This document shows, in pieces, positions 45,693 through 57,342 of a stretch of 64,000 nucleotides of DNA. Location: NCBI GenBank assembly GCA_000004985.1, contig GG738875.1; one strand, 5' to 3'. The translations under genes and the position numbers were made by a program. Positions within the stretch are counted from its first letter, which is position 1, and every line of letters begins with the position of its first letter. This DNA is from Naegleria gruberi. Its lineage: Eukaryota. The notes beneath the pieces were generated by a model. That model did not search any database and was not told the origin of the DNA. It saw only the letters and a program-made list of their open reading frames with translations.

Positions 45693-46205
45693 CTATTTTT
45701 CATGATTTAGAAGTCGCTTAAAGAGAATATCCTTGAAGGTTGACACATTGTCAAATCTTTTGATATCAAACCTGTGTTCAACTCTTTCCAATAATTTCCA
45801 TAAATAAATATCAGCCCAACTCATTTGCCCACCAACTAGAAAACCATCTGTTTCTGGAGAAAGAAGGTTTTCTAAATATTGAAACAGTTCTTCTAGATCT
45901 GATGCAGATATTTCATCTTGTTTCAACAAGTCGCTAAATATTTCAACAAACTCATCCGAAAGTGTTGCATCATTAAGTGTCTCTGTCGGATACAGCTTTG
46001 CCAATCTTGCTAAATATCTACCAATTGTACTGGAATGAAGATTCGAATAATGAGCATTGAGAAAATGACCACTCTCCTTCTTTTGATTAATCAAATCCTC
46101 TTCCTCTTTTGAGTGAAATCGAATGGAAATTCCACTCATTTGGGCCATAGTTTCAAAAACACCTTTGAAATTAGAGTGTCTATTAGATATTGTCAAACCT
46201 TTCAT
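45693..46205 (-). CDS. GST-like protein (GST C-terminal-type helical domain; short N-terminus)
   Basis: ATG at 46205. STIGRYLARL resembles the conserved GST SRAI.RYLA segment. The C-terminal GGQMSWADIYLWKLLERVE resembles the GST-C helix alpha-6 region (sigma-class GNSVTWADFYW). The N-terminal domain is unusually short, so the assignment is tentative. Confidence 0.45.
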   Translation of the reverse strand: MKGLTISNRHSNFKGVFETMAQMSGISIRFHSKEEEDLINQKKESGHFLNAHYSNLHSSTIGRYLARLAKLYPTETLNDATLSDEFVEIFSDLLKQDEISASDLEELFQYLENLLSPETDGFLVGGQMSWADIYLWKLLERVEHRFDIKRFDNVSTFKDILFKRLLNHEK

Positions 46206-46302
46206 TTTTTAATTAAGATACAAAGAATAAAAAACCAAATTAATAGAATTTCTTTTTTTAATTAATTTACTTTCTAGCAACTGATATCCAGTTGTACAAA
46301 AT

Positions 46303-47982
46303 TTAATAACCTCCTTGTTCTCCAAAGATATTAATAATTTGAGCATTATTTGGATTTGGAGTTCCAATAATTTCTGAATGCTCAGATTTAATCCATCCCC
46401 AAAGATAATCAGCCATCAAAGATTGACCAGGTTGACTAAGATGGAAACCATCGAATGGTTCAATTAAATCTTTTGGTTGACCACCTTGTTTAACCCACAT
46501 TTGGACAACTTCCTTCAATGGGAATTCATGATAGTACATCTTAAAGTTCTTGAAAGAGTATTTTTGAATAATCTTATCATAAACAGTTGAAAGCAAAGCA
46601 GCTTGAGCACTAGTAATATTACGAATAGTACCATTAGTATTCATCCAACCATAACATGGATTAGATTCCAAACAATTCAAATAATCATACATTTGTGGAT
46701 ATGAAACACCGAGTGGATGCATTTGATCCTTTAGGAATTCAAACAAAAAACCACCTTGAGCCATACCAACAAAGACTACACTTGAACCAGCAGGTAAAGT
46801 TTGTTCCAAATAATTCAATGTAACCAAAACGTTAGCTTCAAATTCCTCAGGTGTTGTAAAGTCCAAACTGTGACTTGGAGCACAAACGTCATTACCAACA
46901 AGAGCATAGAATGCAAGAACAGGTTGATCATTCTTTTGATCTCTCTTGTAAGTTAAAGAAATATCCTTCATAGCACCAGTTCTAGCACCATTAACAGCAA
47001 TTGTAGCATAATCTCTATGCATACATCTATTGTGATTTCTCATATGTTTGTAAATTGATGAAGAAAGACCAGGAGTCAAATCAGAGAATGTATCATTCAA
47101 AAATCCAGTACCCCATGAAAGCATTGGCCAATCAGCTTCATTAGTAATAATTTCCCACAATTGCTTATAAGTATCAGCAGTCATGTATTTTGGTTCAAAA
47201 AGTTGTGGTGGAATTCTAAAGTGAGCTGAGAGAGAATCACCAAAAACGACAACACCCTTTGTTTGAGTACTATTACAGAACATATCTTCATAACTCTTAC
47301 CACTCTTATCATAACCAAATACACCATTACAATTATGATCATAAAGTGGAGATAAACTTGAAGTCTTTCTTCCAGGATAAATAGCAGCATTGTTATCATT
47401 ACAATCCTTTCCTCTCCATGCAGATCCTCTGAATGCAAATTCTGTAGAGTAAGTATCACCATCAATGTCAACAAGTGGTGTGTGATCACTCAATGATTTA
47501 ACAATTGGTCCAGCAATAATATCAAAGAATTCCTTAATCCAATCAATCTTGCCACTAAATCTTGTTGTTGTCCTTTTAGAGCTATATTTAGTTTGACCTG
47601 GTTTGAATAATGTACATTGTGGATATTCCTTGCATGGTCCTAATTCTCTGCAAATGATATCAGGAGTTTGTTTTTCTTCGAACATTTTGATCAAAGTTTG
47701 AGCTTCAACTGCAACGAAAACTTTGCAAAATGATGAAAGTTTATCTGGGAGAATTGAACACCATTCACTCAAAGATTTTTCAATTGGTTGTTCTTTATAA
47801 TTGACATAACTTTCTATTGATCTGAAAACTATTGTACAGCCCACACATTTGGCTCCTTCGCTAGCTCTTGTTTGATGACTCAAATAGAGTAACACAACGA
47901 CAAGGCTTGCCATCATGAGCGTCACTGCAGAGGAGAGAACTGATCTCTTCCCTCCTCGATTATTGTTGTGTGTTTGTTGCAT
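46303..47982 (-). CDS. Acyloxyacyl hydrolase-like protein (saposin-like domain + GDSL lipase)
   Basis: ATG at 47982 with a signal-anchor (SVLSSAVTLMMASLVVVLLYLS). Six-Cys saposin-B-like block CVGCTIVFRSIESYV...WCSILPDKLSSFCKVF...ICRELGPC, then the GDSL lipase motif VVVFGDSLSAHF. This domain order is that of AOAH. Confidence 0.75.
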   Translation of the reverse strand: MQQTHNNNRGGKRSVLSSAVTLMMASLVVVLLYLSHQTRASEGAKCVGCTIVFRSIESYVNYKEQPIEKSLSEWCSILPDKLSSFCKVFVAVEAQTLIKMFEEKQTPDIICRELGPCKEYPQCTLFKPGQTKYSSKRTTTRFSGKIDWIKEFFDIIAGPIVKSLSDHTPLVDIDGDTYSTEFAFRGSAWRGKDCNDNNAAIYPGRKTSSLSPLYDHNCNGVFGYDKSGKSYEDMFCNSTQTKGVVVFGDSLSAHFRIPPQLFEPKYMTADTYKQLWEIITNEADWPMLSWGTGFLNDTFSDLTPGLSSSIYKHMRNHNRCMHRDYATIAVNGARTGAMKDISLTYKRDQKNDQPVLAFYALVGNDVCAPSHSLDFTTPEEFEANVLVTLNYLEQTLPAGSSVVFVGMAQGGFLFEFLKDQMHPLGVSYPQMYDYLNCLESNPCYGWMNTNGTIRNITSAQAALLSTVYDKIIQKYSFKNFKMYYHEFPLKEVVQMWVKQGGQPKDLIEPFDGFHLSQPGQSLMADYLWGWIKSEHSEIIGTPNPNNAQIINIFGEQGGY

Positions 47983-48700
47983 TTTTTTGAAGTATCACTT
48001 ATTCGTTGTTGTGAAACCTAACTCCTTGATTCACTCCACAATAATAGAAGAATATTTTCATAATATGAAGAGTTTATTCTTCCGTTGTTACATCTATTGG
48101 TTTCTTCTTGCTGTCAATGAAGCAATAGAGATTACAATAATGTCTTGGTTTAGAAAAGACCAGTTAAATACTCCTTGACATTTAATAAGTAGGGCCTTAT
48201 GGATTCTTAATAAGGTTTTCATAAGCTGAAAATATCTTAACCATTGATTTTACGTCTTGATGGATTGTTATTCAATAAGCATGCATTGATTTTACTGTTG
48301 TTGGACACAATTGAAAACTGACCTCTTGAAATTTTCCTTTCAACAAATGATCTTATTGGTACGTAATAACGAGGGCACACAATCAGGAAGCTAAACCCGC
48401 CAAATAATAGATCTTATCAAAGGCTCTATTCTTAGTAAAACGAGAGAATACCAAGAATAAGAATCTTAATTCAATCCATCACTTGAAGTGTTGTAGATGG
48501 AGAACTCACTGTAAGCCAGCTAACACATTATCCAGGTTGCAAGCAAAGCAAATGGTGTTGCTCGGATTGTTGTTCTTAAAATAAGTTGTTGGCTTTTTTT
48601 TAATTTCATCACTTCAAAAAAATTGGAAGAATACAACATCAAGGATTACTCTTTGCTTGCTCAATTCGTCATCAATTTTATACATTGTACAATAATATAA

Positions 48701-50208
48701 ATGTCTACAACAATTACTTTAAAGTGGAACAAGTCAACTTTTGACAATGTCGAAATTGGGGATTTAAAAACTGGTTTAGATTTCAAGAAGAAATGTCAAG
48801 AATTAACTGGTGTTCATCCTGATAGACAAAAAATCATGGGTTTGGGAGCTGGTATCTTGAAAGATAATCAAGAATTGAGTGCTGTTAAAGTTAAGGCTGG
48901 TCAACTTGTTAGAATGATGGGGTCTGCTGATGAATTACCAGAACCACCAAAGGAAAAAACAGTTTTTATCGAAGATACTGCTAAAGAAAATGGTGATGGT
49001 GAAGTGGTAAGTAATTTTGATTCCGATCACAAATATTCATTTCCTCTTAGCAATATTATCCAGCTGGTTTGGAAAATTTAGGAAATACTTGTTATATGAA
49101 TTCTGCCCTTGAAAGCTTTAGATACGTTCCAGAATTGAGAGAAGCTATTGAACATTTTGATGGATCGTCTGTTAGTGAATTGTTGGAAAAGGATAAGGAA
49201 ATTGCCTCTGAATTGAAATCATTGTATAAGAGATTGGATACTGCTAATGATTCTATTTCACCAATTACATTTTTAGAAGCTTTCAGAAAGGCTTATCCAC
49301 AATTTGCTGAAAAGGAACGTACTGAATTGGGAGAATTTTATTCTCAACAAGACTCTGATGAATTTATTACTAATTTATTAGGATCTTTGGAAAATATGCT
49401 CAAAACTAGTGATCGTAATGTTGTCAAGGATTTATTCGAAGGTGAATTTGATGTCAAGTAAGTTATATTCGAAAGTACTTGTTACTTATATTGCTTTTAC
49501 AGACTTCAATGTACAGAATGTGAAGAAGCTCCAACTGTCACAAAGGAAGCTTGGAAGAAACTTTCATGCTTTATCTCACAACAAGTAAGCAATTTACCTT
49601 ATGGATTACAAAAGAGTTTAGATGGTACTTTGGAAAAAGAATCTCCAACTCTTGGTAAAACTGCTGTATATACTAAAACTCAAAGAATTTCCAAATTGCC
49701 AAATTATTTGGTTGTTAACTTTGTTCGTTTCTTCTGGAAGCAAAAGCAACAAGTTAAGGCTAAGGTTTTGAGAGATGTCGCCTTCCCATCTGTTTTGGAT
49801 ACTTTTGAATTGTGTACTGATGAATACAAGAATAAGTTGAAGGAAACAAGAGAAAAGATGAGATTGGACCGAGAGGAAGAAATGAAAAAGAAGAAGGAAG
49901 AACAATTAAATAATTTGGGACAACAAGCCAAGAAGCAAAAGACTGAAGAAACTGACAAGACACCACTTTATCAAGTCAATGATAGTGGTTGGTTTGAATT
50001 GTGTGCTGTAGTTACTCACAAGGGTAGAGCAGCCAACGAAGGTCACTACGTTGCTTGGGTTAAGAATGATGCTGGACAATGGTTGCAATTTAACGATGAT
50101 GATGTCACTGCTGTTACTGAGGAAGAAGTCAAGAAATTGAGTGGTGGTGGAGATTGGCATACTGCTTATTTGTGTCTCTATCGTAAAGCACGTAAACTCA
50201 ATTTATAA
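48701..50208 (+). CDS. Ubiquitin C-terminal hydrolase USP14/Ubp6; join(48701..49006,49051..49457,49503..50208)
   Basis: Exon 1 is an N-terminal ubiquitin-like domain (MSTTITLKWNKSTFDNVEIGDLK...LVRMMGSADELPEPPKEKTVFIEDT). A GTAAGT donor and a 44-nt intron lead to the Cys box PAGLENLGNTCYMNS. A second 45-nt intron (donor GTAAGT) is followed by CTECEEAPT...CFISQQVSNLPYGLQKSLDGTLEKESPTL... and the His box GHYVAWVK...SGGGDWHTAYLCLY. Colinear with human USP14 throughout. Confidence 0.85.
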
Positions 50209-50280
50209 ATCATTTACATTTTGTCATCACTCTTATTGTCACGATTCAAAAAGAACTTGGTTTATTAAGGTTGTATTGAA

Positions 50281-51609
50281 TTACAATCTCGATCCTCGAC
50301 TTATATCACTCATGGTGTATGAATTATTAAAATCTAAATCCTGATCTTGCGACCACTTGTGTGAAATCCACAACTTGAAATCTCTTGGATCAATAAACAA
50401 ATTCATACGAAATGACTCAATGAATGACTCTCTACTTGCTAATAATGATCCCATCGTATTGCCTCCCCCACCAAATATCATATTCCAAAATCCATCATTC
50501 TTCTTTTGTGATGGATTTTGCATGCCATAAGCATTCTGAACCTTTTGATTGTCTCTAATGAAAAATGTAAGCTTTTTACAATCACACTCAACTGGCAATG
50601 CTTCCTCTGAATGAACCAGCATGATATTAAGATAATCATTGAATTTCTCTACCAAAATTTGATTAATACAGTCGAACTGTTCTGTTGAAAGGGCAATTTC
50701 ACAACTATTACAATTTGTAATGTTGAAAACAACTAGGAAATTATCACAATTCCACACTTGAAAACAAACTCCAACATTGTCCTCAATGAAGCAACCAAGA
50801 TACTTTTCATTGAAAAACAATCCTTCTAAATCCACAAGTTTGCATCCAGAGTAAATATTTTCCATCAAATTCTTGTAACTTTGAAAATTGGTTACAGATC
50901 TTGGATTTAACTTTTGTTTTTGTGTAACACTCAATCCACTCAAAAGTGAAATGATGTTAAGATTGTGTCTTGAGGGTATCATTCCACATGCATCTGCAAA
51001 CGCCGAGTTTCTGTCATCTATCAACATACAATATTGAATGTCAAGTTTCAATTGTAGTTGAGTAAATAGCGAATTGAAAACTGAAAATAAACTTGATGGT
51101 ATAGATGTAAAATTCTCAACCTTATAAACAAGTGCTATTCTAATTTTCTTATTTTGAAACCTAATCTCTCCTACTGTGAATGCAACTCCAAATATATCAA
51201 AATCATTCAAAGAACAGTTTTTCGTGTGGTTTCGTCCATTATCAATCTCCATGTTTGATTGATAATGCATCTTGAGCACAAACTTTTCACTCACCACATC
51301 CAAATTATGACACGGCATGAACCCCAAATCAGTTTCCAATGTTAAAACATTGGCAATATTTGCATCATCCTCCTCTTGTATGACATTCCACTCCCTATCC
51401 ATAAATAAATGTTGATGAGGTTGATGTTCTAATAGAGAATCCACCAATTGTTTAATTTTATTGGCTTTTGGGAGAATCCTCTTGTTGTTGTTAAGTGAAG
51501 AAGCTGCCGGTGGAGAGACAGTATCAGGACATGAAGAGCTCACTGTTTTAAATGTAGATGTGCTGCTGGTTTGATGATGATGTGGCGATGAGGAAGTTGA
51601 AGACCACAT
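50281..51609 (-). CDS. Hypothetical protein (442 aa), single exon
   Basis: ATG at 51609. A Ser/Thr/His-rich N-terminus followed by a globular region. No family recognised. Confidence 0.5.
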   Translation of the reverse strand: MWSSTSSSPHHHQTSSTSTFKTVSSSCPDTVSPPAASSLNNNKRILPKANKIKQLVDSLLEHQPHQHLFMDREWNVIQEEDDANIANVLTLETDLGFMPCHNLDVVSEKFVLKMHYQSNMEIDNGRNHTKNCSLNDFDIFGVAFTVGEIRFQNKKIRIALVYKVENFTSIPSSLFSVFNSLFTQLQLKLDIQYCMLIDDRNSAFADACGMIPSRHNLNIISLLSGLSVTQKQKLNPRSVTNFQSYKNLMENIYSGCKLVDLEGLFFNEKYLGCFIEDNVGVCFQVWNCDNFLVVFNITNCNSCEIALSTEQFDCINQILVEKFNDYLNIMLVHSEEALPVECDCKKLTFFIRDNQKVQNAYGMQNPSQKKNDGFWNMIFGGGGNTMGSLLASRESFIESFRMNLFIDPRDFKLWISHKWSQDQDLDFNNSYTMSDISRGSRL

Positions 51610-51982
51610 AATATCTTGTGTTTTCTTTTTATTGATTGTTGAGTATTATGCTATCCTAGATTGATGAAAGCTTATTGGAATCGTCTTTTTTCCGCTCATT
51701 TTCTATTATGTTACATTCATGTAATAACAAGTACCACTTGTATCCATTGTGTGAAGGGGATTCCAGTACAGATCGATTTTAATTGACATTCATTCTCCCA
51801 AATCAGGTCATTGGATCAAACACAATTTTCCATTACATGAATTAAACTGTTAAATAGGGTGGTGTAAATCTTATCGTGATAAGTTTTTATGGATTTGTTG
51901 TTGTATTGATTAATTATTATTGTAAAAATTAACAATCATTTTGGCGCCATTTTTTAAAGTTTGATAAAAATTTAAAAAAATA

Positions 51983-53386
51983 ATGCAAGACAATAATTTA
52001 TTGTTTTCTGGTAATAATTCTAGCAGAAAACATGCTTCTATTAAATCACAGAGTGAAATATCCTATTCACAGAGGAAAAATAATCGGATTGACTTGCAAA
52101 AACAAGCACATAAACAAAAGAGAAATCAATTATTGGAGCAATTAAAAAGAAGAAAGGTTTCCGACACTGTAAATGATGATGCCACCCAAGGAAGTGATTA
52201 TGTATATAATATTGGAGTATTTTGCAATGTTTTACTTTCACAAGAGTCTTCAATTCCTCAAAAAATCAATGCAATGAAACAATCGAGAATTATCTTGTCA
52301 AAATGTGATCCCGATACTTTGACAAATATTTTGGAAAAGAATGATCAATTTATTAATCTATTACATCAATATTTAACTTGTAAATATTCCGAGTTGCAGT
52401 TGGAATCTGCATGGTGCATTACAAATATAGCTGCTATGAAGGATGAAAGTGTTTCATTTTGCATTCCTACTCTGATACAATTGATTTCAAATTCATTCTT
52501 GGATGTGGTATTACAAGAACAGTGTATATGGGCTCTTGGAAATATTTCTCTGGGATTTTATAATAATACTCCTCTATCGACTGTTATTATACAGAATGGT
52601 GCTATTCAATATCTGTCTAATACTATCAGAACATGTAGAGCCAAAGAAATTCTCAAAACAACTTTATGGTGCGTATCGAATATTATTAGAAACGAGATTT
52701 TACATATGAAACACAATACACCAGAACATAATCAGCAAATATTTGGATGTCTTGGTCAACTGTATGAACCAATAATTTACCAATTACTGAAAAGAAATTT
52801 GAGTGATGATGGAAACATTTCAGATTTGTTATATGTGTTAAGCTATTTAACTGCTTATCCTCTCACTGACATGAGCAACTCTACAAATTTTGTTCAAATA
52901 TTTATCAAATATTTAACCCCACAAAAACAAGAATTTATAACACCAATTATACGGATTATTGGAAATATATTTTGCTCTTACAACTTATTTTCAGCATTGG
53001 ATCAGAACTTATCTTTAGAATTAATGAACTTGTTGTCTAACATTCCAGATAAAAACAAGGAATGGTGCTACATGATGGGAAATATATCTTCGTATGAGGA
53101 AATCAATGAGATTCTCATTCAACAATATCACCTTCTTAATATTGTAATAGATACTCTCAAAATAGCCATCAATTCTGATATTTCGAACAATAGCGAATTG
53201 GTGCGTGAGACTGTCTATACTATAATCAACCTGACAACAGCTAATCATAACAAATACCTAACTAAGGAAATATTGGAACTGATTCAACGAGTAGCTCAAA
53301 CCTATACATTTGACGAGAATGAAAATAATCAACAATTCAAAATGGTTCTTACACAATTCTTCGACTATGCTTCCAGATTACAATAA
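51983..53386 (+). CDS. Armadillo-repeat protein, importin-alpha-like (IBB-like basic N-terminus)
   Basis: ATG at 51983. Basic N-terminal RKNNRIDLQKQAHKQKRNQLLEQLKRRKV resembles an IBB domain. ARM repeats carry the importin-alpha W...N signature (ESAWCITNIAAM, EQCIWALGNIS, TLWCVSNIIRN). Divergent from canonical importin-alpha. Confidence 0.55.
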   Translation: MQDNNLLFSGNNSSRKHASIKSQSEISYSQRKNNRIDLQKQAHKQKRNQLLEQLKRRKVSDTVNDDATQGSDYVYNIGVFCNVLLSQESSIPQKINAMKQSRIILSKCDPDTLTNILEKNDQFINLLHQYLTCKYSELQLESAWCITNIAAMKDESVSFCIPTLIQLISNSFLDVVLQEQCIWALGNISLGFYNNTPLSTVIIQNGAIQYLSNTIRTCRAKEILKTTLWCVSNIIRNEILHMKHNTPEHNQQIFGCLGQLYEPIIYQLLKRNLSDDGNISDLLYVLSYLTAYPLTDMSNSTNFVQIFIKYLTPQKQEFITPIIRIIGNIFCSYNLFSALDQNLSLELMNLLSNIPDKNKEWCYMMGNISSYEEINEILIQQYHLLNIVIDTLKIAINSDISNNSELVRETVYTIINLTTANHNKYLTKEILELIQRVAQTYTFDENENNQQFKMVLTQFFDYASRLQ

Positions 53387-53405
53387 AAAAAATGCAAACA
53401 TAAAT

Positions 53406-55304
53406 ATGGAGCAACATATTTTAATTGATGGGAAAATTAATTATGAATTGGATGAGTTGTGTTCTAACCTTGCTCTTCATCATGAACAATATAAAGAAGG
53501 AATAACAAAAATTAAGAGATGGGAGGAAGCCAAGTTTTTAAAGGATCAAGACTTTCAAGTACCAGAAAAACCTTCACTTGATGAATTAGAAAAGGAGGAA
53601 TTACGATTTGAATGTGAGAGTGATGTCCTCCCGAATTATGCTATACCATCTTCATCTTCTAGAAGAGATTTAGAAATAATTTTAAATCAAATTCTTTCGA
53701 TTATTAGATCGGATCATGAATTTAAAAAGTGGATTATTGAACAGGCACTCTCCTTCATTTCTAAAAATTTTAAATCATTATTAATTGATAATTTCCTTGA
53801 AGTAATTCAGAATTTATTTGAATTACATGTGAAAAAAACAAAACCAAATCAAGATGATGTATTTATTGAAACTAGAGTCCAAGAGAGTATTTGGAAAACA
53901 ATTTTATTTGATATGAAAGAGAATCACGCGGAGGATGGGATACTGATTGACATGTCTTTAACATTTTTATATTTGAGAACTAAAGAATATGAAAAGGCTG
54001 AAACATGTCTATTGAATATCATAATAGCATTAGAAAAATTAGAGTCTAAACTAATTCTAAATTATTTTTATTTATTATTAGGACATGTTTTGAGGATAAA
54101 CTTCAAGCTAGATTCGTGTGCTTGTTATTTTAGAAAATTAGTGAATAGTCTGCCTTTCGATAAAACAAATAATACAATACTTTATTCTGCCATTTATATG
54201 TGGTTAGGCGAGGTAATGGAATCAATGGATTTGGATGTGTGGGCTGTAGAATCATATCTTAAATGTAGCAAATATTTTTCTGATCATCCAAATATGAACC
54301 ATCCCTTTGTAACGATTTCATTTGTTTTTATCAAGTTGGCAGAGCTTTTCTTTAAGGATTATAAGGAGAATGGAAATAATATACATCTTGCAAAAATTTT
54401 CTATCACAAAGCCTTTATTGGATTTGAGAAGAATAACCTACTTCAAAATAAGACATTTATAGAACTGTCTCCATATACAATCAATTATAACAAAGCGAGT
54501 ATAGCAATACGTTTGGGTTGTATTATTTATTTGGAAAAAGATTTTGAAAAGAGTTTAGACTTTTTCCTAAAAGCTGAGGAATGCCTGCTTAAAATCAGAT
54601 TTGAGTAAGTTATTGAAATTTAACTCGATACTAATTTTGGATCTAGTCAATCTCAAAGAAAAAGTGATGGATCAGCTCTAAATATTTTACAATCTCTACA
54701 TAGAAAAATAGCAATCAATTATTGTAGATTGGGCCTTTTTCAAAATGCCTCACGATATGTCATGTATAGAATTATTGTGGATAATAGTAAGATTTCAGAC
54801 ACAACAGACTACCAGAAGCAATTAAATCTCATACTGGAAGAAAAAGAAAGAGAGAAACAGGAACGAAAAACTCATGCCAAACATGTGATAGCTCAGGAAC
54901 ATCCAATATGTTTCCTATCTCTTTCTCTTATATCATTTCACAAAAAGTCTATTATAGAATTATGTAAATACTGTGAACTAATTTTCAAAACAAGTGAACT
55001 CGACAAGGAAGTTTATCTCCCACTCCTTACCTTCCAAAAACTTGTTTCCTTATTAATCTCTTCACAGCAATTAGAACTAGCCCAAATAATCTGTTCCAAA
55101 TATCTCATCTCTGCCAAATCATACGCACTCGGATATTACATTCTCTTTCTACTTTCCATTAAAAACCAAGACAACAATTCAATCATTGGATGTTGGAAGA
55201 AGTTTAATGAAACCTATGTAAGCAACAAGCCATTTGAACCAATGAGTGTCTACTGGCCATTCATCTTGTCCTCAACTTTAAGATTTCCACTGCCAAAACT
55301 GTAA
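53406..55304 (+). CDS. Hypothetical helical-repeat (TPR-like) protein, 618 aa; join(53406..54604,54647..55304)
   Basis: The true ATG is at 53406 (MEQHILIDGK). The ORF-track start at 53310 is a non-ATG codon overlapping the previous gene. Exon 1 ends ...LLKIRF plus GA at a GTAAGT donor. A 42-nt intron and a TCTAG acceptor give D-QSQRKSDGSALNILQSLHRKIAINYCRLGLFQNASRY.... No family recognised. Confidence 0.5.
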
Positions 55305-55515
55305 ATTATCCTCTTTCCTTTGAACAAAGAACTCAAGTAACGGTTCAAAATGAAAATCTCCTAATCATCTTCTTATAAAATTAATAATAATATTATTGTT
55401 TTTTATTGGATGATCATGATGAAACACATGCTTATCTAACTTGTCTTTTGTATTCCTTCTATCACTGGAGAATGGTGATGAAAGGAATTAGGAAAACAAC
55501 ATCATCACAAAAAAT

Positions 55516-57336
55516 ATGCCACAAGATAATCCTTTTGAAATTCCAGCGACATCATCGTCTGATGTTGGATTAACGAGAGACTCTACATTCATGAACCAAC
55601 AAGATCCATCACCATCAACAACAACAACAACAACAAATTTACTTTTATCCAAGACTCCATCATCTCTAAAAACTAAAAAAGTTAAATCAAGACAATTAGG
55701 TTTATCTATAACAGCACCATCTTCAGATCAATATCCAGAAGAAGATCCTGCAGGAATGGGAGATGAAATTCCATCCTTCCTACTTGATGAACAATCTGCT
55801 GCCATTGTACAACCTGGTAAAGTTATTAGTACTATCGGAACACTTCCAACATCATCTTCAAGTCCAATTCCTGTTAGACTTTTGTCTAATTTGAGTTTGA
55901 ATGACAAGAGACCTTCCTCGAGCGTTTCTTCTCCTTCATCATCTATAGCCGATAATTTTAATAATATTGCTAATAATACAACAACAAGTGTACAAGTAAC
56001 ACCACTTCGTATGTCTAGGAAAGGTACATCTGACGTAAAAAAGAAGAAAGGTCCTATGTTGAAATTGGAAGTACCAGTTAAAACAAAATTAGCAAACGAG
56101 TTTACAGTGTAAGTATATAGTTATTTCAATCAAGTTAGTTTTACATTTTTGTAATTATTATTCAGATCACATAGCGGTACCTGGAAAGCAGAGGATATTT
56201 TGATTGGAAGAGGAGGATTGATTTCTGAAAAATTGGATTCTGCAACTACAACACCAAGTTCGAGTGAAAATCTATCAGTATCAGAACTTCATAGTGCCAA
56301 TAGCAGTTCATCAATAACACCACTGTCAGGAACTAGTGAAGCCTTTTCTCCAATTGGAGAAGTGACCAGAGGTTCAAAGAAAATTGCCTACGAGGATTTG
56401 AAGATTTATAAAACAAAATTGGGAGAAGGTGCAAGTGGAAAAGTATATAGAGCACATTTGAAAAACGACAAGACTCAACAATTTGCACTCAAAGTTATTG
56501 ATATTTATGCTGAAAATGTAACACCAAAACAAATTTTATCGGAAATCAAGTCACTTTGTGACTCTGTACAGTGTGATAATATTGTTAAATTTTATGAAGC
56601 CTATCACAGAGAAGGATCTATCCGTATTTTGATGGAATATATGAATTGTGGAGCTCTTGATGACATTTATAGAACTACTGGTAGCATTCCAGAAGATGTA
56701 TTAAGTGAAATTTCTTTCCAAATTCTCAAAGCTCTCGCCTATCTAGCTGAAAAAGGTGTTATTCACAGAGATATCAAACCAGCTAATGTATTGTTAAATA
56801 AGAATGGTGTGACTAAACTCACCGATTTTGGCATGTCAAATCAAAACTTGAAATCCAAAGACTTTAAGACTTTCCAAGGAACTTTTTACTACATGTCTCC
56901 TGAGAGATTGAAGGGATTAACACATAGTGTTGACAGTGATATTTGGAGTGTTGGTGTTTTAATAGCAGAATGTGCAATAGGAGGACTTCCATTTACCAAA
57001 GGTGCTGAAGTATCAGTTTGGACATTATTGAAACACGTACAATCCAATCCAGAGGTTGTGACAATCAAACCTGGTGAGGTTTCTGATGAATTCTTTGATT
57101 TTATTCACAAATGTATGGAAGAGGAACCAATCAATAGACCTTCTGCCAAACAATTATTGAACCATCCATACATTAAAAAGTACATCAAAGATCAAGATAA
57201 TTTCAAACCAGTAAGAACTGCTAAATGGTTGAAAGAAGTTTACCTTCCAAAAAAGAAAGAGAAAGAAGAACAGAAAAACTTGGATTTCAATACCTTGTCA
57301 GACATTGTAACAAATTCTTTCCAGCTAAAGCAATAA
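55516..57336 (+). CDS. MAP kinase kinase (MEK / dual-specificity Ser/Thr/Tyr kinase) with a long N-terminal extension; join(55516..56108,56166..57336)
   Basis: Exon 1 is Ser/Thr-rich and contains a MAPK docking motif (KKKKGPMLKLEV). A GTAAGT donor and a 57-nt intron lead to exon 2. Kinase subdomains are present: GEGASGKVYRA (G-loop), ALKVI (VAIK), HRDIKPANVLL, DFGMS, and an S/T activation loop SNQNLKSKDFKTFQGTFYYMSPE. Confidence 0.8.
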
Positions 57337-57342
57337 AACACT

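Noticed and set aside
49585-49625. Possible third intron in USP14 at a GTAAGC site after …FISQQ
   Set aside because: Reading straight through is in frame with no stop. It gives …QQVSNLPYGLQKSLDGTLEKESPTL, which aligns with human USP14 …QEVKYLFTGLKLRLQEEITKQSPTL. Splicing there would break the frame.
53310-53405. Overlap of gene 53310.. with the end of the importin-alpha-like gene (51983..53386)
   Set aside because: The track start at 53310 is a non-ATG codon. The first real ATG in that frame is at 53406 (MEQHILIDGK), 19 bp after the upstream stop, so there is no coding overlap.
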